Positions 1-10,000 of a stretch of 64,000 nt of DNA are shown here, in pieces (position 1 is the first letter of the stretch; each line of letters starts with the position of its first letter). The stretch lies in NCBI GenBank assembly GCA_965240325.2, contig OZ251227.1, forward strand, positions 2,480,001-2,544,000. Reading direction: 5' to 3'. The notes beneath the pieces are model-generated. The model was not told the DNA's origin. It saw nothing but the letters and a program-made list of their open reading frames with translations, and did not search any database. Position numbers and translations under genes: made by a program. The stretch is from Rebecca billardiae RCC1528. Taxonomy: Eukaryota > Protista > Haptophyta.

Positions 1-543
1 CGGCAGCGAGCACGAGAGCGCCTGCGCGGCTGCGCGCGCTCGCGCCGTGCACTGCCGCGCGTCGCACAGCCGCGCGGCGCGCACGAGCAGCCCGCACTGG
101 CGCGTGTCGTCGGGCAGCACGATCGCCGGCCTGAATGTGGCGACCGCGTCGAGAACGTCTCCCGCTGTCAGCTCCGCGCCCGTCTGGCGCACCCAGCTGA
201 GCGGCTCGGCTGCGCTCGCACCGGCCCCGGCCGCGCGGGGGCACGCGCGCGGGCCGAGCATCCGCTGGCAGCCGGGCGCGAGCACGCCCACGTCCCATCC
301 GCTGTCCACGAGGCCGCCGAGGTACGTGAGCCAAGCCGGCGAATCGCGCGTGACGAAGAGCGCGCGCGGCACGTTTGCAGCGCGGAGCGCGGCGCACGCA
401 GAGCGGCTGCCGAGCGAGAGCGATGGGGAGTCTGCGACGACGTCGTCGCAGCGCACCGCGATGCCCAGCGCGACGACAAGTCGCAGCCGTGCCAAAGGCG
501 CACGCGAAAGGCCGCGGCGCGGCGGGCGGGAGTAGCCCGCCAT
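1..543 (-). CDS. 5' part of a hypothetical protein running off the window edge (MAGYSRPPRRGLSRAPLARLRLVVALGIAVRC...)
   Basis: ATG at 543-541, frame open as far as read, hydrophobic N-terminal stretch; absent from the ORF track, consistent with a stop outside the window. Confidence 0.45.
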   Translation of the reverse strand, partial: MAGYSRPPRRGLSRAPLARLRLVVALGIAVRCDDVVADSPSLSLGSRSACAALRAANVPRALFVTRDSPAWLTYLGGLVDSGWDVGVLAPGCQRMLGPRACPRAAGAGASAAEPLSWVRQTGAELTAGDVLDAVATFRPAIVLPDDTRQCGLLVRAARLCDARQCTARARAAAQALSCSLP

Positions 544-759
544 GCTGCTATTGACCGCTTACCGAGTTACCGTTGGTCAATTGCGGCACGATGGCGGATG
601 TGATGAAGCGCGAAGGAGATGGTCAGATGGACGATCGCTGTCGAACTCGATGACATCGTCGGCCGGGCATACGGCTGATGAGTCGTAGTCGACGACAGCC
701 GCCGAGCCCTTCGTGCGGCAGCTGAATGACTATACAGTAGTAGTACAGTACTCATTTAT

Positions 760-945
760 GGCCTGCGGTGCAGGGCGGAGCGCGCAGCGTGCAGACTGCA
801 GCCCGCAGCGCGGGCACTATTATAAAAACCTGTATGATACAGTAACCTGTAATTGTAACCATGCGTTATTTCAAAAAAGATCTTAGATCAAAGAAAAATG
901 GGCGAGGCAACGATTTTCAGGGCTGTTGGAGACCGAGTTTCGCGA
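760..945 (+). mobile_element. Terminal segment of a MITE-like family (copy 1)
   Basis: GGCCTGCGGTGCAGGGCGGAGCGCGCAGCGTG...AAAAAGATC...CGATTTTCAGGGCTG...GGAGACCGAGTTTCG matches the reverse complement of 3366-3499 and 53270-53475; preceded by AT. Confidence 0.8.
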
Positions 946-1380
946 TATAGCTAAAGCTAGAGAGCCATCTAGAGATTAGAGATCGAGATCTGAGAGAGAC
1001 ATCTAAGTCTAACTTAGAGAGAGATCTAAAGAGAGAGAGAGCTATAGTTAGAGAGACGTTCGGGAGAGCTACTGCTGAGAGGTTCCGCACGGATATCGAT
1101 CGGACGACGATCCATCTGGCCGTCACTACTAAGACGATAGCTATAAGTACGTATTACTATCCTGAGGCGTCCTAAAGGCAATAAATAATGACCGCGTTCC
1201 GCGGTCTTTTTCCGTAGAACGAACGTAGTTCGGGGCCCGCGGCGCACCCTCCGTCGGCTGCTGTGTCAGTCTGACATGTGTAACAGTTCGCCTGAGCTGC
1301 CACCGCCAACTCAGTCACTGCCGCCCACCGGGCCGGCGGGCCGAGGACTGTCGCCGCGGGTCCGCGGGCCGCCGCGGGGA

Positions 1381-2771
1381 CTAGCGGCCGGCGCGCGCGC
1401 GCAGGCAGGACGAGAGGCGCTGGCGCGGCGCGAGCCGGCGCGTGCGCGCGAGCGGGCGCACCTGCTTGAGGTACTCGCCCTGCGCCATGCGCTCGACGAC
1501 GGGCCGCTGGTCGCTCGTGCCGGCAGAGCGAGAGCGCGCGCCACTGCTGGCCCCGGCCTGCCGGCTGCGCAGCCTCGCACCGAGACCGACCGAGCGGAGC
1601 TCGGGGCGGTGGAACGAGGCGAGCGGCGCGTCGCGCCTGCCGCCGCGCGTGCGCGCCTGCTCCACCGCGCCGCCGTGCTCGCCCGCCGCCTCCTCCGCCG
1701 CGTCGGCCTCGAAGACGGCGGCTGCCAGCGGCAGGCTGAGCCGCGCGCCGGCTCACTCACACTGTGAGTCACACCCGCGGTCGCCTCGACGGCCAACTAT
1801 CCACAGCTGCTCGAGCTGCTGGAGGGCGCCGCGACGATGGCGGCGCGGGCGCCCAGCGCGTCCGTTGCCGCGTCGCTCAGCTCGTCGAGCTCGGCGCCGC
1901 ACTTCGCCAGCTTGGCGCCTAGCGCCTCCGTGTGTCACGTGCTCGTGCACGTCAGCCTGCTGATACGCCGCCGCCCATCGGCACTTCTGGCATCTGCGCG
2001 CGCAGCTGCTGCAGCTCGACGGCGGAGTCGTCGCGGCTGGCGGCGAGGGTGCGCACCGCGTCGATTGCCGAGGCCTGCAGCCCGGTGATCGCCGCGTCGA
2101 CGCGCGCGGCGATTTCCCCACGCAGCTCCTCGCGCCACGTGGCCGCCGCTCGCGTGGCAGGCAGCTGGGCACCGCTGCGCGACCCGGAACCGGCGCGCGT
2201 TTCACTGATGCTCCTGCTCGTCCTCACGCTGCTGCACCTCCGCGCCGCCGTCGACCGAGTTGAGGAGGAGCTCGCGCTCGGCGTCGAGGCGCGAGCTCGC
2301 GTGCTCGAGCTCGCCCTTCAGCCGCGCGAGCTCCGGGCGCATCCGGCTCATCAGCTCTGCCGCGCCCGCTCGCTCGCAGCGGCGCGCTCTGCTCCGGGCG
2401 GCGAGCGACGAGCTCGCGTGCTCCGGACTCGGCTCGCCCTTGCGCGCTGCTCCTCGAGTGACGAACGCCTGCGGGGCACGAACGAAAGTCGGTGATCAAC
2501 CGCGCAGCGCCACCGCTGCCGAGTGCGCCCTCCGCCGCCAGCACCTTGCGGACCTGGCCAAGGAGCTGCTTGATCGCTTTTGTTGACGTACGCCGTACTC
2601 GCTCGCGGCGCCGGGGATGGTCTGCTTGTGCCTGGCGACGGAGATGGCGGCAGCGGTGCTCTGGAACGTGGTGTTGTTCACCCGCGTCACCGTCCTCGAG
2701 TCGAGCAGCGCGTTCAATACGCGGCGAACGTAGTCCTGGTCGGCGTCGCCGGTCGAGGTGCTGCTTGCCAT
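1381..2771 (-). pseudogene. Probable decayed coiled-coil protein gene
   Basis: Protein-like segments (MASSTSTGDADQDYVRRVLNALL; KAIKQLLGQVRKVL; ELARLKGELEHASSRLDAERELL; WREELRGEIAARVDAAI) lie in different frames with no obvious introns between them. Confidence 0.45.
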
Positions 2772-3085
2772 CGCCCCCCACCCACGTGCGATCGGGCCCA
2801 CCTCTGTTGTTTTGCGTCGGTGACGGGGCCGCGACGACTTGACGGGAGCATCTTCAATAATCTATGATCATCTCAGGGTTACTACGTGAAGCGGTAGAAT
2901 AGAATTTCATTTACGAGCATTGATACGACGCGGTGCAACGTGAAGCGGTTTTTTTAAGATACGACGCGGTCTAATGACCCATTGTTCATACATGTACATG
3001 AATGGGTCGTCATAAACGGCGGGCGGCTCATTTATGACCAGACCGGGCCCTGGGTGATTGATGATCAGAACCCGCAAAAGCTAGC

Positions 3086-3146
3086 GGCAGTCCAGCACAC
3101 AAGTAATGAATTAATAACAAGCGCAGTCCAGCACACAAGTAATGAA
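3086..3146. repeat. Direct repeat GCAGTCCAGCACACAAGTAATGAA x2 (period 36)
   Basis: Read directly; abuts the MITE end at 3152. Confidence 0.85.
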
Positions 3147-3151
3147 CGAAT

Positions 3152-3499
3152 GGCCCGCGGTGCCGGCTGGCTATCTAGATACGTCGTCATCGCTCCTTGA
3201 TGACCTTGCGGCAATCTCATTGGCTGGAAAAAATCGCTTGTAACGGTTCGTTACGTTATGGATCCTAAAGGGCGTGAAGTTTTTTGGACGGGCGTCACTC
3301 CAATATGAACTTGCCGTGGGCGCGACCTTTTTCGACGCTAATGCACCTGTAAGGGAGTCTCAAAATTCGAAACTCGGTCTCCTCCAGCCCTGAAAATCGT
3401 CCCCCGTCCCTTTTTTCTTGATCAAAGATCTTTTTGAAACGTTGTTCGGGCCCGCTGGTGCGGGCTCCACGCTGCGCGCTCCGCCCTGCACCGCGGGCC
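3152..3499. mobile_element. Complete ~350-bp MITE (copy 2), TIR GGCCCGCGGTGC, AT on both sides
   Basis: AT|GGCCCGCGGTGC ... GCACCGCGGGCC|AT; non-coding, AT-richer interior; homologous ends elsewhere in the window. Confidence 0.75.
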
Positions 3500-3672
3500 A
3501 TAATCAGCAATATAAAGCTACTGCCGGCCTAATAATCGGGGGAGAGTGGTCTGGCATCAGAGGAGCTATTGTGGATGGTCCACGTTGCAGATCACTCAAG
3601 AGCGGTGAGCCATCTCACTGAGCGGTTCGGACTCAGAATCCGTCATCGTCGGACTTCGGCGTGGCATTGGCA

Positions 3673-6600
3673 TCACTGCTGAGTTGGCTGAGTAGCCTCG
3701 CCAGCCGCTGCGGCTTGCGCGGCTCGGCCGGCAGCCGGCGCCGTCGTCGCATCGGTCGAGGACCCGAAGAGGAGGATGGCGAGGATCTGCTCGCGCGTGA
3801 ACGGGCGGCGCGTGATGGGGTCGACGCTCTTGGTCTCGTGCACGAGCGCGCCCGCGCCGTCTGTCTTGAGCTCGAGCAGCCAGCGGCGCACGGAGGCGGC
3901 GAGGTAGGCTTGCGCCGAGCGCAGCGAGGCGTCGCCAGTCTCGCACGCGATCACGACGCGCTCGCCGCGGCGCACGGCCTCGTCGATCGACTCGAAGTGG
4001 ATGAAGTCGTGCCGCCCCGCGCACCGCTGCAGCGCGGCCTCGGGCTCGAGCGCGCGCACGCCCGCCATGCTGAGCGCCGCGGCGGACGCGCAGCCCGGGC
4101 CGACCAGGTAGACATCAAGAGCCTGCGCGTGGTCAGGGATGCATTCCTCCGCTGCGGGGGAAGGGCGGTGTTGGGTGGTGCGGCGCAGGGGTCGGGGGCG
4201 GCGGGCGAATCAGCGCGAGGCGCAGGCTCTCGGACGCACCCTCCCCAGCTCTCGCAGGCGCAAAGGTCGTTACAGAGAGCGCGAGCGCGCGGCACGGCGT
4301 CGCGGCCCCGCGCGCGCGCCCTGGCACGGCGTCGCGGCCCCGCGCGCGCACCGCGGCCGAGCACGTGGTCTTGGAGCCGGTCGAGCGCTGCCTCGTCCAG
4401 CCGGTCCGAGTTGAGCCCGACCAGGAAGCGCAGCCCCGCGGCGAGCGGGCGGGTCGAGTCGTGCGCGCCGCCGTCCGCGTGGAGCTCCGCGGCGCCGGCG
4501 CGCTGCTCGGCGAGCGCGGCCAGCGCCTCGGTGCCGCGCGACGCGCGCTGCACGCCGCGCGAGGCGGAGGAGACGACGATCAGCGTAGCGCGCGGCGCGA
4601 GCTGCGCCTCGCCGAGCGTGCGCGCGCGGTGCGCGGGCTCGGTCGAGAGGTACTCCGCGGGCGGCAGCACCACGCGCAGCCCGAACGGCTCCACGGCCAC
4701 GTGCGGAGGCAGCCGCTCGGCGACGGCCGCGAACACCTGCTCGAGCGTGTCCGCGGCGGTGCGCTCCAAGCAGAGACACTCGCCATCCTCCAGCCTCACA
4801 CGCAGCGTGACGCGTTGCTGCGCGCCGCCGCCGTCGGCGGCGTCGCGCGCGCCAGCCGCGAGCGCGGCGTCGCGCGGCGCCGCGGTGCCGGGCGCCGCCG
4901 CCGCCGCCGCCGCCGTCGGCCGGAGCTCCATCGGCGCGCCGCCGCTCGGCGCAGCGGGCGGGGCGAAGCGCTGGTTCCGGTCCTCGACGAGAGCGCGGCG
5001 GATGCGCTCGCGCTCGAGCTCGCGACGTGCCGCAGCCTCGCGGTGCGCCGCCACGCGCCGCTTGCGCTCGTCTGCGCTGATGCCCGTCTGCGCGCCGGCC
5101 GCGCCGCAGCCCTCTGCAGCCGCCGTCTGCGCCGTGGGCTGCTGCTGCTGCGGCTGCTGCTGCGGCTGCGGCGGCGGCTGCGGCGAGGCCGGCCCTGCGC
5201 TCGCGCACGCGGGCGGGAGAACACCCGCGGCCGCGGCGCGCGCGAGCACGCTGTTCTTCGGAGGGCGGTGCTGCTCCTGCGGCCGCGCGTGCTGCTGCTC
5301 CTGCTGCTGCTGGGCGGCCAGCTCGCGCGCGCGGATCTCCGCGGCTTCGAGCGCCCGCTGCCGAGCCGGATCGAGCGGCGCGCGCGGCGCGGGCGGCGCG
5401 GCAGCGGGCTGCACCGGAGCCGCCGCCGGCGCGTGCGCTGGCGTGGCGACGGGCGCCTCCGGCTCGGGTGGCGCCTGCGAGCGAGTCATGGCCGCGCGCA
5501 GGGCCGACGCGCGTCGCATGCTCGCCACGCGGTCGTCCGCCTGCTGCTCGGACGGCGCTGGCGCCGGCGGCTGGTCTGGAGGCGGCGGGTCAGCCGCGCG
5601 CGCGGCAGCGCTCGCGCCGCGCGCGGGGACGGCCGTGGCGGTGGCGGTGGCCTCAGCATCGGCCTCGGTGGCTGGCTGTGTGCGCCGCTGCAGCGCCTCG
5701 AGCCGTGCCTGCCGTATCTGCTCGGGCGTGAGCGCCGTCGCGGCGCTCTCGGCCGCGCCGCCGCCAAGCGCGCTGCCGCCAAGCGCGCGCCCTTGCCAGA
5801 GTGGCCCTCGGCCCGCCGGCCCTGCGCCGTGCGCCGGGAGGCCGTGCAGAGGCACAGCCTCGTGATCTCGAGGGTACAGGCCCTCCATGGCGTCATCGTC
5901 CTCGCCCTCCTCCTCGTCGTCGCCCTCCTCCAATCCGTCCTCCTGCTCCTCCAACCCCTCCTCCTCCTCAAATCCCTCCTCCTCAAATCCCTCCTCCTCC
6001 TCCTCCTCCTCCTCCTGCTGCGGCTGCTGCTGAGGCCATGCCGGGCCTGGCCACTGGGCACCGGCCGCCGCCTGCGCGCCGCCTTCGCGCGGCGGACGGA
6101 GCACCATCAGAGTGCCGTGGGGCACGAGGCCCGCGTCGGCGAGGGTCGTCGTGCGCAGCAGCTCCTCCGTGTCGTACTCCCGCCGCGGCGTCGGCACGAA
6201 GAAGAAGACGGGGTGCTGCGGCGCGTCGTCGAGCGCGACGTCTTCGGCCGCGGCGTGCGGCTGCTCGCGCGCGGGGCCCGCCGCGCGAAGGCGGCGGGCC
6301 TCCTCGCGCATGCGCTCCGTCTGGCGCTCAAAGTGCTCCCGCCCGAGCCGCGCCATCTCGTTGGGGACGAGGGCCTGCGTCGCACCGACGAACGGCCGCG
6401 GCGCCTGAGCGGCGGGCGTGGGCTCTGCGGGCGTCTGAACAAACCACTCGCGCACGTTCGCGAGCGTGTCCGTGGCGGCGAAGCGGTTGCACCGCGTCGT
6501 GCCGTCGGGGCAGCGGATGCGCACGTCCGCCACGCCGGCGCCGTTCGGCGGGGCCGCACTTGACCCGCGCGCACTCTGCGTCGGCGCGGCCGCGTTGGCT

Positions 6601-6740
6601 TCCTCTCCGGCTGCGTTGGCGGTGGGCGTGCGCTGCTGTGCACGCCGCTCCTTGTCTTCGGCGAGCTGCTGGCGGATTCGCGCGCGCTCCTCCTGATCAC
6701 GCCGCGCCTTGAGACCACGAAGCGCCGCCGAGTGCTCCAT
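3673..6740 (-). CDS. UBX-domain protein with two UBX/ubiquitin-like domains, acidic and Q/A-rich linkers and a C-terminal U-box-like segment; predicted intron 4152-4351, 955 aa
   Basis: VRIRCPDG..RFAATDTLANVREWF and PRREY..TTLADAGLVPHGTL; second LRVRLEDG..ADTLEQV..TLGEAQLAPRATL; a phase-1 GTGCGC donor and CCCCGCAG acceptor join in frame to the 3673-4068 ORF (SVRRWLL..DPITRRPF). Confidence 0.75.
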
Positions 6741-7016
6741 GGATGCGGGCGAGAAAGCGCGCGGTCGGTGAGTGAGGATATGGGGCGCGCGGGCGGCGGC
6801 GGCGGCTGCTTGCGGCCAGCCCCGCCCGGCGCGGCGAAAGCGGAAAGACCAGTCCACGCTGCGGAACCAAGCTACAAGCGCATGTTTCCCCGGACGCACG
6901 CATGAGTGTCCGGTCGGCCGTCGGCGGTCGCTCGAGGAAGGTCACCGTCGTCGTCGCTCCCGACCGGCCGCGACTCGTTCGGGACGTGCACAAACACGTA
7001 CTGCGCCGCGGGCCTG

Positions 7017-10000
7017 ATGGCCGATGTCATCGATTTGTTGACGTCGGAACTGCGCGCCAGCCGCGAGGGCGGCGACAGACGGCGCGAACTTAGATGCGTG
7101 TGCGATCTGGGCAGCGCGTATGATAGCCTCGGGCAGTACGACCGCGCTATCGAGCACCACACGCAGGCGCTGGCCATGAGCCGCGAGATCGGCGACCGAC
7201 AGGGCGAGGGCAGCTGCCTGGGCAACCTGGGCAGCGCGTACGACAGTCTCGAGCAGTACGACCGCGCCATCGAGCACTACACGCAGGCGCTGGCCATTAG
7301 CCGCGAGATCGGCGACCGTGAGGGCGAGGGCACTTGCCTGGGCAACCTGGGCAGCGCGTACGACAGTCTCGAGCAGTACGACCACGCTATCGAGCACCAC
7401 ACGCAGGCGCTGGCCATGAGCCGCGAGATCGGCGACCGACAGGGCGAGGGCAGCTGCCTGGGCAACCTGGGCAGCGCGTACGACAGTCTCGAGCAGTACG
7501 ACCGCGCCATCGAGCACTACACGCAGGCGCTGGCCATTAGCCGCGAGATCGGCGACCGTGAGGGCGAGGGCACTTGCCTGGGCAACCTGGGCAGCGCGTA
7601 CGACAGTCTCGAGCAGTACGACCACGCTATCGAGCACCACACGCAGGCGCTGGCCATGAGCCGCGAGATCGGCGACCGGCAGGGCGAAGGCACTTGTCTG
7701 GGCAACCTGGGCAGCGCGTACGACAGCCTCGGGCAGTACGACCGCGCCATCGAGCACTACACGCAGGCGCTGGCCATTAGCCGCGAGATCGGCGACCGGC
7801 AGGGCGAAGGCACTTGTCTGGGCAACCTGGGCAGCGCGTACGACAGTCTCGAGCAGTACGACCGCGCCATCGAGCACTACACGCAGGCGCTGGCCATTAG
7901 CCGCGAGATCGGCGACCGTGAGGGCGAGGGCACTTGTCTGGGCAACCTGGGCAGCGCGTACGACAGTCTCGAGCAGTACGACCGCGCTATCGAGCACCAC
8001 ACGCAGGCGCTGGCCATGAGCCGCGAGATCGGCGACCGGCAGGGCGAAGGCACTTGTCTGGGCAACCTGGGCAGCGCGTACGACAGTCTCGAGCAGTACG
8101 ACCGCGCCATCGAGCACTACACGCAGGCGCTGGCCATTAGCCGCGAGATCGGCGACCGGCAGGGCGAAGGCACTTGTCTGGGCAACCTGGGCAGCGCGTA
8201 CGACAGTCTCGAGCAGTACGACCGCGCCATTGAGCACTACACGCAGGCGCTGGCCATTAGCCGCGAGATCGGCGACCGGCAGGGCGAAGGCACTTGTCTG
8301 GGCAGCCTGGGCAGCGCGTACCACAGCCTCGGGCAGTACGACCGCGCCGTCGAGCACCACACGCAGGCGCTGGCCATCCGCCGCGAGATCGGCGAGATGC
8401 AGGGCGAGGGCGCTGATCTGGGCAACCTGGGCCGCGCGTACCACAGCCTCGGGCAGTACGACCGCGCCATCGAGCACCACACGCAGGCGCTGGCCACCTT
8501 CCGCGAGATCTTCTACAGGCAGGGCGAGGGCGCTTGCCTGGGCAACCTGGGCAGCTCGTACGACAGCCTCGGGCAGTACGACCGCGCCATCGAGCACTAC
8601 ACGCAGGCGCTGGCCATCAGCCGCGAGATCGGCGACAGGCGGGGCGATGGCGCTTGCCTGGGCAACCTGGGCAGCGCGTACCACAGCCTCGGGCAGTACG
8701 ACCGCGCCGTCGAGCACCACACGCAGGCGCTGGCCATCCGCCGCGAGATCGGCGAGATGCAGGGCGAGGGCGCTGATCTGGGCAACCTGGGCCGCGCGTA
8801 CCACAGCCTCGGGCAGTACGACCGCGCCATCGAGCACCACACGCAGGCGCTGGCCACCTTCCGCGAGATCTTCTACAGGCAGGGCGAGGGCGCTTGCCTG
8901 GGCAACCTGGGCAGCTCGTACGACAGCCTCGGGCAGTACGACCGCGCCATCGAGCACCACACGCAGGCGCTGGCCATCAGTCGCGAGATCGGCGACAGGC
9001 GGGGCGAGGGCACTGATCTGGGCAACCTGGGCACAGCGTACCGCAGCCTCGGGCAGTACGACCGCGCCATCGAGCACTACACGCAGGCGCTGGCCATCAG
9101 CCGCGAGATCGGCGACAGGCGGGGAGAGGGCACTGATCTGAACAGCCTGGGCGTCGCGTACCGCGACCTCGGGCAGTACGACCGCGCCATCGAGCACCTG
9201 ACGCAGGCGCTGGCCATCAGCCGCGAGATCGGCGACAGGCAGGGAGAGGGCACTTGCCTGAGCCACCTGGGCGTCGCGTACGACAGTCTCGAGCAGTACG
9301 ACCGCGCCATCGAGCACCACACGCAGGCGCTGGCCATCAGCCGCCAGATCGGCAACAGGCAGGGCCAGGGCGCTTGCCTGGGCAACCTGGGCGTCGCGTA
9401 CCGCAGCCTCGGGCAGTACGACCGCGCCATCGAGCACCTGACGCAGGCGCTGGCCATCAGCCGCGAGATCGGCGACAGGGAGGGCGAGGGCGCTTGCCTG
9501 GGCCACCTGGGCAGCGCGTACCACCGCCTCGGGCAGTACGACCGCGCCATCGAGCACTACACGCAGGCGCTCGCCATCAGCCGCGAGATCGGCGACAGGC
9601 GGGGCGAGGGCGCTGATCTGGGCAGTCTGGGCATCGCGTACCGCAGCCTCGGGCAGTACGACCGCGCCATCGAGCATCACACACAGGCGCTGGCCATCAG
9701 CAGCGAGATCGGCGACAGGCGGGGCGAGGGCACTTGCCTGGGCAATCTGGGCGGCGCGTACCACATCCTCGGGCAGTACGACCGCGCCATCGAGCACCTG
9801 ATCCAGGGCCTGGCCATCAGCCGTGAGATCGGCGACAGGCAGGGAGAGGGCACTCGCCTGTGCGACCTGGGCATCGCGTACGACAGCCTCGGGCAGTACG
9901 ACCGCGCCACCGAGCATCACACGCAGGCGCTGGCCATCAGCCGCGAGATCGGCGACAGGCGGGGCGAGGGCACTGATCTGGGCAACCTGGGCAGAGCGTA

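Noticed and set aside
4291-4351. 32-bp tandem duplication as a frameshift in the UBX gene
   Set aside because: It lies inside the predicted intron 4152-4351, and the spliced frame is intact
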